This document shows, in pieces, positions 56,109 through 64,000 of a stretch of 64,000 nucleotides of DNA. The number at the start of each line of letters is the position of its first letter. Within the stretch, counting starts at the first letter, position 1. The stretch comes from Candidatus Omnitrophota bacterium (GTDB taxonomy: Bacteria; Omnitrophota; Gorgyraeia; Zapsychrales; JANLHA01). Below the pieces are notes generated by a model. It saw only the letters and a program-made list of their open reading frames with translations, made no database searches and had not been told where the DNA came from. A program made the translations under genes and the position numbers. The stretch covers positions 131,864 to 195,863 of the forward strand of contig JAKLFA010000002.1 in the NCBI GenBank assembly GCA_022711395.1, in the 5' to 3' direction.

Positions 56109-56987
56109 TTATTTTAGTAATCCGTACTCTTTTAATGCATCCTTGAGTTTTTCTTTATTTTTCGTTGAAAGGCCGCACAACGGAAGCCTTAAGTCCGCAG
56201 AACACATCCCGAGCAGCTCCATTGCCTCTTTGACCGGAGCGGGATTAGTTTCGATAAAAAGCGCTTTGACAAGCGGCAGCATTTTATAATGCATTTTCTG
56301 GGCAGTTTTGATGTCCCCCTGTTCAAAGGCTGTGATCATTTGGGCGACATCCGCCGGGATGATGTTGGCGGCAACGGAGATCACGCCCACTCCGCCAATG
56401 CTTAAAAGCGGCAGCGTGAGAGCGTCGTCTCCTGAAAAAAGGAGAAAATCCTTTGGACAGATCTGTTTGATCGTCTGCATCTGCTCGAGTGAACCGGCGG
56501 CTTCTTTTACGCCGATGATATTCTTGCAGTCCTTGGCCAAACGGGCCATGGTCTCCGGCTCGATGTTCCGAGAAGTTCTTCCGGGAATATTATAGAGCAC
56601 GATAGGGATATTAACGCTGTCGGCAATCGCCTTAAAATGAAGATATAACCCTTCCTGGGTTGGTTTATTATAGTAGGGCGTCACACTCAGGACTGCGTCA
56701 GCTCCGGCCTTGGCGGCGTGCTTTGTCAAACGGATCGCCTCAGCTGTTGAATTGGACCCGGTGCCGGCGAGGATCGGAACTTTCTTTTCCGCCGCCTCAA
56801 TGCAGATCTCGATCACGCGGTCGTGTTCTTCGTGAGAAAGCGTTGGCGACTCTCCGGTCGTTCCGCACGGCAGGATCGCCGACGTTCCATTTTTGATCTG
56901 GAACTGAACGAGTTTCTTTAACGTTTGTTCATCGACTTTGTCTTTTTTAAAGGGTGTCACGATCGCGACAATCGATCCTTTGAGCAT
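56109..56987 (-). CDS. dapA: 4-hydroxy-tetrahydrodipicolinate synthase
   Basis: GSIVAIVTPF...PCGTTGESPTLS...VPILAGTGSNST. Confidence 0.9.
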   Translation of the reverse strand: MLKGSIVAIVTPFKKDKVDEQTLKKLVQFQIKNGTSAILPCGTTGESPTLSHEEHDRVIEICIEAAEKKVPILAGTGSNSTAEAIRLTKHAAKAGADAVLSVTPYYNKPTQEGLYLHFKAIADSVNIPIVLYNIPGRTSRNIEPETMARLAKDCKNIIGVKEAAGSLEQMQTIKQICPKDFLLFSGDDALTLPLLSIGGVGVISVAANIIPADVAQMITAFEQGDIKTAQKMHYKMLPLVKALFIETNPAPVKEAMELLGMCSADLRLPLCGLSTKNKEKLKDALKEYGLLK

Positions 56988-57009
56988 GTTTTTGTCTCCC
57001 GTTTATGAA

Positions 57010-57840
57010 TTATGAAATAAAAAAATGACCTTGGGCAATGAACTTTGCCGGTCCCTTCAGCCAAACGTTGTTGATCCTGTTGTCGGTGATATCAAAGGTT
57101 ACATCCAGGATATCCCCATTCTGGGTCATGACTTTCATCCGGGCGTCCGTTTTGGAACGGGTTTCAGGATACATCTGCATGAACGCGATCAGTGCGGATG
57201 CAACGCTTCCCGTTCCGCAGGCGCGGGTCTCATCTTCCACTCCCCGCTCATAGGTCCGTGCGGCAATGAGGCCGGGTTTGATCTGTTCGATGAAATTGAC
57301 ATTGGTCCCTCGGGGAGCGAACTTCTTATGGTAACGGATCATGCGCCCGATGGTCCGCACGTCGATCTTTGGAAGCCCTTCGACCAGAATCACGGCATGC
57401 GGAACCCCCGTATCGATATACTGGACGCGAAGCTTGCGTTTTTGAATTGTCAAAAAAACATCAGGCCGGTAATCTTTTGGTTCGCTCAGACGGATCGTGG
57501 CGATCTCATCAGACGCTTCAGCGAGGATGATCCCAGCGGGCGTTTCGATTCCAAAAAGTTTCTTACTCGGTTTTTTATAGCGGACGATATAGGCTGCCAT
57601 GCATCGGGCCCCGTTGCCGCACATCTCCGCTTCAGAGCCGTCTGCGTTGATGATCCGCATCTTGTAGTCGGCCTTTTTAGAACGCTCAAGGATCAGGATC
57701 CCGTCCGCTCCGATCCCGTTGGTCCGGTCGCACATCGTTAGAGCGAGCGTTTTTAAATTGACGCCTTTAAGCGGTTCGAGGATCAGGAAATCGTTTCCCG
57801 CGCCGGTCATTTTCACGAATGAGATCGTTTTTTGGGACAT
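57010..57840 (-). CDS. dapF: Diaminopimelate epimerase
   Basis: FVKMTGAGNDFLI...MCGNGARC...ACGTGSVA. Confidence 0.9.
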   Translation of the reverse strand: MSQKTISFVKMTGAGNDFLILEPLKGVNLKTLALTMCDRTNGIGADGILILERSKKADYKMRIINADGSEAEMCGNGARCMAAYIVRYKKPSKKLFGIETPAGIILAEASDEIATIRLSEPKDYRPDVFLTIQKRKLRVQYIDTGVPHAVILVEGLPKIDVRTIGRMIRYHKKFAPRGTNVNFIEQIKPGLIAARTYERGVEDETRACGTGSVASALIAFMQMYPETRSKTDARMKVMTQNGDILDVTFDITDNRINNVWLKGPAKFIAQGHFFIS

Positions 57841-57843
57841 GGA

Positions 57844-59118
57844 TCAATCCTTTGATTTCAAAAATGTGGGGATCTTCTCTCCCCGGATAAGGTCTTGGAA
57901 CGTCTCGCGTTCCCTGATGATCGAAAATTGACTGCCCTGGACCATGACTTCCGCCGCTCTCGGCCGGACGTTATAATTGCTGGCCATGGCATAGCCGTAA
58001 GCGCCGGCGCTCATGATCGCCAAGAGGTCGCCTTTTTGAACGTGCGGCAGGCGCCGGGCTTTTGCAAAAACGTCAGCACTTTCACAGATCGGCCCCACCA
58101 CATCGTAAATCCCGGACTGAGCGGCGGTCTTTTCGACCGGGATGATCTCATGGTGCGCGTCATACATCGCTGGGCGCACAAGGTCGTTCATCCCCGCATC
58201 AACAATGATGAATTTTTTCAGGCCATTATCCTTGATATACAGTGTTTCGGTCACGAAGATCCCGGAATTGCCGGAAATGAACCGTCCCGGCTCCATGATC
58301 AGATTAAGACCGATCTTATCGATCAACGGAATAAGACGGTCAGCAAATTTTTCAAGCGGGTCCAAGCGCTCATTTTTATAAGGGATCCCAAAACCCCCTC
58401 CCAGATCAAAATATTGGACAAAGATCTTTTCCTGGGTCAGGATGTTGAGAAAATTCAGGACCTTTTTAACAGCCGTAACATAGGGACCGACGGATTGGAT
58501 CTGAGAGCCGATATGGATATGCAGCCCGTTGATCGTCACATGCTGGAATTGTTCCCTCCTGCGGAGGATATCATGCGCCGCCGCAAGATCGAGCCCGAAT
58601 TTTTTTGTCAGGGTTCCGGTTGCGATCTTCTCATGGGTTGGCGCGTGGACATCAGGATTGATGCGCAGCGCGACCGATGCCTTCAGTTTGAGCGCGCCGG
58701 CGATCCGGTCGATTTCCGCAAGTTCAGGGAGCGATTCAACGTTAAAGAACAGGATCCCCGCTGTCAGGGCTTCCCTGATCTCGTATTCGGTCTTTCCAAC
58801 GGAAGCGAAAACGATCTTTTTTGGATCAATGCCGGCAAGAAGGGCCTTTTTCAGTTCCCCGACAGAGACAATATCCGCCCCCGCCCCCTGGTTCGCCAAA
58901 AGTTTTAAGACCGCAAGGCTGTCATTTGATTTCATTGCAAAGCATACGAGCGGATTGACAGGCTTGAAAGCCTTTTGCAGCGCCTTGAACTGGCTGACGA
59001 AGGCGTTCGCGCTGTAAATATAGCAGGGTGTGCCGACGGACTTGACGATCTTATCGACCGCAACCCCCTCACAAAACAGTTTATTCTTGCGATATTTAAA
59101 ATAAGGCGTTGTCATCAT
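57844..59118 (-). CDS. lysA: Diaminopimelate decarboxylase
   Basis: Fold-III PLP decarboxylase: HIGSQI, GGGFGIPY, EPGRFI. 424 aa. Confidence 0.85.
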   Translation of the reverse strand: MMTTPYFKYRKNKLFCEGVAVDKIVKSVGTPCYIYSANAFVSQFKALQKAFKPVNPLVCFAMKSNDSLAVLKLLANQGAGADIVSVGELKKALLAGIDPKKIVFASVGKTEYEIREALTAGILFFNVESLPELAEIDRIAGALKLKASVALRINPDVHAPTHEKIATGTLTKKFGLDLAAAHDILRRREQFQHVTINGLHIHIGSQIQSVGPYVTAVKKVLNFLNILTQEKIFVQYFDLGGGFGIPYKNERLDPLEKFADRLIPLIDKIGLNLIMEPGRFISGNSGIFVTETLYIKDNGLKKFIIVDAGMNDLVRPAMYDAHHEIIPVEKTAAQSGIYDVVGPICESADVFAKARRLPHVQKGDLLAIMSAGAYGYAMASNYNVRPRAAEVMVQGSQFSIIRERETFQDLIRGEKIPTFLKSKD

Positions 59119-59120
59119 TT

Positions 59121-60464
59121 TTAGGCTTCTGTCCTTCTGGCTGAACGCTTTGAGCTGACCGAATGTTTGGGATCGATGATCTTTTTGACGATCTGCGGGT
59201 TCAACAGCGGATGAATGCTCGCGAGCTGCTGGTCCGTCATGCTCAGGATCGGCGTTTGTGTTTTGAGTTTGGATTTGATCAGTTTGCCGATGATGGTATG
59301 GGCATCTTTGAAGGCCACGCCGTTCTCGACAAGATAATCCGCCAAGTCTGTTGCGTAGAGCGACTCATCCGTTAATTGGCCTGAAAGATTTTCGGGCTTG
59401 AACTTAATATTAAGCAGAAGCTCGGCTAAAACGGTCAGAGATTCTTGAACGACGGCAAAAGAGTCAAAGAGCGGTTCCTTGTCGTGCTGAAGGTCTCGGT
59501 TATAGGATAACGGCAGCCCTTTAAGAAGGACGAGAACGTTTAACAGGTTTCCGTAGAGACGCCCGGTGTAACCGCGCATAAGTTCAAGGACATCCGGATT
59601 TTTTTTCTGCGGCATCAGCGAGCTTCCGGTGCAGAACGCATCGTCAATATCAATGAAATTAAACTCCGTGCTGGACCACAGGATCATGTCCTCGCACAGG
59701 CGTGAAAGATGCATGCCGATGATCGAAAGGACGCTCAAGATCTCGACAATGAAATCGCGGTCAGAAACAGTCGCCAGCGTGTTATCCGGCGGATTGACGG
59801 GTTTTGTCAGGCCGTCCTTGGCCGGAAGTTTGTAATGCTTGGCACTGATCATCGTGCCAGCCAGAGCGCCGGACCCCAGTGTCAGTTCAATACCGTTGTA
59901 GGCGTTTAAAAGACGGGCTTCATCGCGTTCCAGCATCGTGATATAGGCTCCCAAGACGTCCTTTACGGCGACCGGCATCGCGTGCTGCAGATGTGTGTAG
60001 CCAGGCATGATCAGCGTGCTGTATTTCGTTGCGAGACTTGAAAGCGACTCGATCACGCTGGTCAGCGCACGTTCGGTTTTGAGAAGATGGATCAGACAGA
60101 AAAGCTTGGTGTCGAAGAGGACCTGATCGTTGCGTGAACGGCATGTGTGGAGCTTCAGAGCGGTCTTGCCGACCTTCGGGTCCTTTTCAAGCAGGTGCTG
60201 GATGTAGGAATGGATGTCTTCGAAGTCAGGGCCCGGTTTGAACGTTCCCTCGTGGATCGAAGACAGGATACGCTTAAGTCCTCCGGCCAGCTTCGCGTGC
60301 TCGGAGGCGTTCAGCAAGCGCGCTTTTTTCAGGACATCGATGTGCTTCAGCGAGCCGATGCAGTCATACTCAGCGAGGATCCAGTCAAAATGGATCGATC
60401 CGCAGTATTCCTCGACCAACTTATGCGTTTCCTTGCTGAAACGTCCACCCCAGAGTTTACTCAT
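59121..60464 (-). CDS. argH: Argininosuccinate lyase
   Basis: MSKLWGGRFSKETHKLVEEY...GSSLMPQKKNPD. Confidence 0.9.
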   Translation of the reverse strand: MSKLWGGRFSKETHKLVEEYCGSIHFDWILAEYDCIGSLKHIDVLKKARLLNASEHAKLAGGLKRILSSIHEGTFKPGPDFEDIHSYIQHLLEKDPKVGKTALKLHTCRSRNDQVLFDTKLFCLIHLLKTERALTSVIESLSSLATKYSTLIMPGYTHLQHAMPVAVKDVLGAYITMLERDEARLLNAYNGIELTLGSGALAGTMISAKHYKLPAKDGLTKPVNPPDNTLATVSDRDFIVEILSVLSIIGMHLSRLCEDMILWSSTEFNFIDIDDAFCTGSSLMPQKKNPDVLELMRGYTGRLYGNLLNVLVLLKGLPLSYNRDLQHDKEPLFDSFAVVQESLTVLAELLLNIKFKPENLSGQLTDESLYATDLADYLVENGVAFKDAHTIIGKLIKSKLKTQTPILSMTDQQLASIHPLLNPQIVKKIIDPKHSVSSKRSARRTEA

Positions 60465-60510
60465 GACGGGATCCTTTCACACCGGCTTTTTATTGATCAT
60501 GAAACGGTAT

Positions 60511-61680
60511 TTATTCTTTAAAAGGCATCGCCCATAGGGCGTTGAATCCTTCAGCTTTTGATTGATCGAACTTGTCACCCGCGCTATAGGTTGCCATGGC
60601 TTTTTTATAGCGGGATAATTTGGACTTTCGTCCGACGACCAGACAGTTTCCCTTGAACAGTTTGACGCGGACTGTGCCGGAGGTCCGCAAATGGATCTGA
60701 TCAAATTGCGCATCCAGTTGTTTCTTCAAAGGCGTTTCCCATAATCCGTTGTAGGTCAGTTCCGCATATTTGTGCGAGGCGCGAGCCTTATATTGCATGG
60801 TCTCACGGTCCAAGACCAGGGCCTCCAGTTCCGAAAGGGCCGCATGCAGGATCGTGCCGGCCGGATTCTCATAGACTTCTCGGGATTTGATGCCGACCAG
60901 GCGGTTTTCGATCATGTCCACGCGTCCTACTCCGTGCTTTCCGCCGATCTCGTTGAGCTTTGTGATCAGGGTGACCGGCTTATAGGAAATGCCATTGATC
61001 TTTGTAGGGATCCCCTTTGCGAATTCGATCTCAACGTATTCCGGCTTATTGGGCGCGGTGAGCGGGTTTTTGGAAAGTGTGAACACTTCTTCCGGGGGCT
61101 CGGCCCAGGGATCTTCCAAAATACCGCATTCGATGGCTTTTCCGTAGACATTGGTATCAATGCTATACGGGCTTTTTTTTGTCACCTTGACTGGAATATT
61201 TTTGGCCTTGGCATATTCGATCTCTTCTTCGCGCGTCTTGAACTCCCAAATGCGCACGGGCGCGATGATCTCCATCTCAGGGGCCATCAGCCGGAATGTC
61301 GTCTCGAACCGGACCTGGTCATTGCCCTTGCCGGTACAACCATGGACCAGGCCTTGAGCTTTTTCTTTTTTCGCGATCAGGACTTGATGCTTGGCGATCA
61401 ATGGGCGCGACAGGGCGCAGGCCAAGACATATTTACCTTGGTAAAGCGCGCCGGCCTTAAGGGCCGGAAAGACGTATTCTTTAATGAACTCTTCCTGCAG
61501 GTTCAGACAATAGACTTTTTCCGCGCCGGATTTTAAGGCCTTTTTCTTAACAGCCGAAAAATCATCCCCCTGCCCGACATCGGCGACAAAGGCAATGGTC
61601 TCAAATCCCCGTTCTTTCAGCCAGGGAATGATGCAGGAGGTGTCCAACCCTCCGGAGTAAGCAAGAACAACTTTTTTCAT
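60511..61680 (-). CDS. argG: Argininosuccinate synthase
   Basis: KVVLAYSGGLDTSC. 389 aa. Confidence 0.9.
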   Translation of the reverse strand: MKKVVLAYSGGLDTSCIIPWLKERGFETIAFVADVGQGDDFSAVKKKALKSGAEKVYCLNLQEEFIKEYVFPALKAGALYQGKYVLACALSRPLIAKHQVLIAKKEKAQGLVHGCTGKGNDQVRFETTFRLMAPEMEIIAPVRIWEFKTREEEIEYAKAKNIPVKVTKKSPYSIDTNVYGKAIECGILEDPWAEPPEEVFTLSKNPLTAPNKPEYVEIEFAKGIPTKINGISYKPVTLITKLNEIGGKHGVGRVDMIENRLVGIKSREVYENPAGTILHAALSELEALVLDRETMQYKARASHKYAELTYNGLWETPLKKQLDAQFDQIHLRTSGTVRVKLFKGNCLVVGRKSKLSRYKKAMATYSAGDKFDQSKAEGFNALWAMPFKE

Positions 61681-61688
61681 AGATCACC

Positions 61689-62621
61689 TCAGGTGTTTTT
61701 TGGGTCGCATAAAAGAAAGATCAAGATCGCTTTTTCCACATGCATGCGGTTTTCCGCCTGATCAAAGACGATCGAATGAGAGCCGTCAATGACGTCAGCG
61801 GTCACTTCTTCCCCACGGTGGGCAGGAAGGCAATGCATGAAAATAAAATCTTCACGGGCATGTTTCACCAACTGGCCGTTGATCTGGAAATCCTTGAAAT
61901 CCTGCAGACGTTTTTGGGTTTCCTCTTCCTGCCCCATGCTGGTCCAAACGTCCGCATAGATCACATGGGCGCCTTTGGCCGCTTTCACCGGGCTGTTGGT
62001 CAGCGTGATCGCGCAGCCGCTTTCCTCAGCATAGGCTCGGGCGTTTTTTAAAACCTTGGCATTGGGCCCGTAGCCTTTTGGCGTGGCGATCTTGATGTGG
62101 ATCCCCAACTTGGCGCAGATCATCATCAGGGAATGACAGACATTATTGCCGTCTCCGATGAAACTGACCGTTAAATTGTTCAGGTGGCCAAAATGTTCCT
62201 GAATGCTCAGGACGTCGGCGAATGCCTGACAGGGATGATCCAGGTCTGACAGGCCGTTGATGACCGGAACATCGGCGAACTTTCCCAGGTCGATAACATC
62301 CTGATGAGCGAACGTTCTCGCCACGATGCAGTCCAAATAACGGGACAGGGTTTTGGCAACATCTTCGGTCGTTTCGCGCTGGCCGAGGTTGATATCGTCA
62401 GGGCCGAGATAGATACAGTGTCCGCCCAGTTGGAACGCTCCGACCTCAAAAGACACCCTCGTCCGGTTGGACGGCTTTTGAAAGACCAGGCCGATCGTTC
62501 TGCCTTTTAGATGATCGGTCGTGAGCCCCCGGTCTTTTTTGAGCTTAAGGGCGAGTCCTAGGATCTCTTCGATCTCTGCCTTGGTCAGGTCCGCAATTGA
62601 AATCAAGTCACGTTTTTTCAT
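61689..62621 (-). CDS. argF: Ornithine carbamoyltransferase
   Basis: SNRTRVSFE, DHPCQAF, HCLPAHRGEEV. Confidence 0.85.
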   Translation of the reverse strand: MKKRDLISIADLTKAEIEEILGLALKLKKDRGLTTDHLKGRTIGLVFQKPSNRTRVSFEVGAFQLGGHCIYLGPDDINLGQRETTEDVAKTLSRYLDCIVARTFAHQDVIDLGKFADVPVINGLSDLDHPCQAFADVLSIQEHFGHLNNLTVSFIGDGNNVCHSLMMICAKLGIHIKIATPKGYGPNAKVLKNARAYAEESGCAITLTNSPVKAAKGAHVIYADVWTSMGQEEETQKRLQDFKDFQINGQLVKHAREDFIFMHCLPAHRGEEVTADVIDGSHSIVFDQAENRMHVEKAILIFLLCDPKNT

Positions 62622-63808
62622 GATTTTCCTGTCACTTTCGAAATGGCGTCTTCCATGATGGCGAACGCCTTTTCCATCTGCTTTCGCGTGATGGACAATG
62701 CCGGGAGGATGCGCAGGATGTTCCCTTGGGTGCAGTTGATCAAAAGGCCCTGTTCAAAGCAGGCCTGAACGATCTCTGCCCCCGGGATCGTCAGTTCAAT
62801 GCCGATCATCAAGCCCAATCCGCGGACATCTTTTATGCACGTGAATTTTTCTTTCCATGACTCGAAGCGCTGAATGGCGACTTGGCCGAGTTCCCGTGTG
62901 TTCTTTAAAAGTTTTTGCGATTCGATCGCTTTAAAAACTCCAAGCGCGGCTTTGCAAACTAACGGGCTGCCACCGAATGTGGACGCATGCATGCCTGGTT
63001 TGAAGATATCGGTCAAGCGTCGTTGGACGACCATCGCACCGATCGGAAGTCCTCCCCCTAAGGATTTCGCCAGGGTCATGATGTCCGGGATAATGCCGTA
63101 ATGTTTAAATGCGAACATTTCTCCGGTCCGTCCGATCCCGGTCTGGACTTCATCAAAGATCAATAACAGGTTATGCTGGTCGCAGAGCGCGCGCAGTTGC
63201 TGAATGTAGTCTTTGCGGGCCACGTGAACGCCGCCCTCGCCCTGCACAGGCTCAAGCATGACGGCAACGGTCTTTGGTGTGATGCTGTTTTTGATCGCCG
63301 TCAGATCATTGAACGGGACATGCACGAAGCCCTGCGGTAGTGGCGCGAATCCGGCCTGATATTTTTCTTGACCGGTCGCCGCCAGTGCGCCCAGGGTGCG
63401 GCCATGGAATGAATTGCGCATTGTAATGATCTCGTAGCGGTCCCCTTTTCCGAAAGCGCGGGCGAATTTGATCGCGCTTTCAGCGGCCTCAGCCCCGCTG
63501 TTACAAAAAAATACCTTGGCGTCAAACGAGTGATGGACGATCTCTTTAGCCAGTTTGGCCTGGTTTGGGTGATAAACGTTGTTGGGAACGTGGATCAATT
63601 TCCCTACCTGGTCGCGAATACCGGCCATGACCTTGGGATTGCAATGGCCGACGTTGTTGACCCCCCAGCCAGGGAAAAAATCCAGGTAGTCCTTGCCGTG
63701 AATATCGGTGAGGACAGACCCCTTCCCTTTGACGAACACGACCGGGGTCCGTGTGTATGTATTTAAAATGAAATCTTGGTAGTCTTTTAAAATTTGGTCT
63801 TTTGTCAT
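62618..63808 (-). CDS. argD: Acetylornithine aminotransferase
   Basis: Class III aminotransferase: LIFDEVQTGIGRTG, TLAKSLGGG. Confidence 0.85.
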   Translation of the reverse strand: MTKDQILKDYQDFILNTYTRTPVVFVKGKGSVLTDIHGKDYLDFFPGWGVNNVGHCNPKVMAGIRDQVGKLIHVPNNVYHPNQAKLAKEIVHHSFDAKVFFCNSGAEAAESAIKFARAFGKGDRYEIITMRNSFHGRTLGALAATGQEKYQAGFAPLPQGFVHVPFNDLTAIKNSITPKTVAVMLEPVQGEGGVHVARKDYIQQLRALCDQHNLLLIFDEVQTGIGRTGEMFAFKHYGIIPDIMTLAKSLGGGLPIGAMVVQRRLTDIFKPGMHASTFGGSPLVCKAALGVFKAIESQKLLKNTRELGQVAIQRFESWKEKFTCIKDVRGLGLMIGIELTIPGAEIVQACFEQGLLINCTQGNILRILPALSITRKQMEKAFAIMEDAISKVTGKS

Positions 63809-63811
63809 TGA

Positions 63812-64000
63812 TTAAACCTTTGATGGCTCATGTTCTTTAAGGATCTGCGTTCCGATACCTTGATCGGTAAAGATCTCCAGCAGCAGCGCGTGCCGTAAAC
63901 GGGCGTTGACAATGTGCGTTTTATGAACTCCTCCGTGAAGGGCCTCAATGCAGGAATTGACTTTTGGGATCATCCCACCTGAAATGACACCGGTGCGGAT
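63812..64000 (-). CDS. argB: Acetylglutamate kinase, C-terminal fragment only; the gene continues beyond the window end
   Basis: Minus-strand translation [62 protein letters not shown] with stop at 63812-63814. Not in the track because it is truncated at the window edge. Confidence 0.75.
   Translation of the reverse strand: MRTGVISGGMIPKVNSCIEALHGGVHKTHIVNARLRHALLLEIFTDQGIGTQILKEHEPSKV

Noticed and set aside
1-64000. CRISPR arrays, IS elements or integrases
   Set aside because: No spaced direct-repeat arrays, transposase-like ORFs or recombinase genes were seen. The HTH_17 domains near tRNA-Met are not accompanied by an integrase.

Overview
This 64-kb chromosomal window, at roughly 50% GC, comes from a diderm bacterium. 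Gene content (see below) hints at the PVC superphylum, but that is only a guess. Almost every gene is on the minus strand; the only plus-strand CDS is a PilZ-domain gene.

The supplied ORF track shows nothing long in the first 5 kb. Hand translation shows why: one uninterrupted minus-strand frame runs from an ATG at 5021 to the window edge. It is omitted because the track appears to list only ORFs that both start and stop inside the window. It encodes a secreted multi-domain protein of at least 1673 aa. After a signal peptide and a novel N-terminal region come a P-loop domain (GGSGVGKST), an RmlD-like NAD(P)-binding reductase domain (GASGFAG, SSDYVFDG), a degenerate Nudix box, and an aminoglycoside-phosphotransferase-like kinase domain (HGDFHFDN, DPRGDYVGDPVYDLAK). 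A GT-C (PMT_2/ArnT-like) membrane glycosyltransferase sits directly upstream in the same direction. Together these are the best candidate for an undescribed system in the window.

Other notable loci, in window order:
- a bactofilin gene fused to an excisionase-type HTH, followed by a small membrane-anchored HTH gene
- a 34-codon upstream ORF that duplicates the first 11 codons of tsaD with synonymous-only changes
- a consensus sigma70 promoter followed immediately by a UUCG-capped intrinsic terminator, 40 nt upstream of the PilZ gene
- a minimal Mfd retaining only D3 to D6 (the UvrB-homology module and D7 are both absent), although uvrA is present
- a TGTTC-N4-GAACA palindrome upstream of recA that matches the LexA box reported for Verrucomicrobia
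- an 11-kb type IV pilus cluster with four tandem pilin genes, a PilM-PilN fusion, a compact secretin, and flanking exbB/exbD with a TonB-like stub
- a small lysine/alanine-rich protein with an internal tandem repeat and a histone H1/Hc1-like tail

The rest is housekeeping: a gatCAB operon, surA-pdxA-rsmA, secDF-yajC-rpsP, a hisD-B-H-A-F-I operon preceded by a trpE-like gene, alaS-recX-recA, uvrA, nadX, panC, folK, dapL-dapB-dapA-dapF-lysA and argH-G-F-D-B. Two tRNAs, several intrinsic terminators and one repeat-rich intergenic region were also found.
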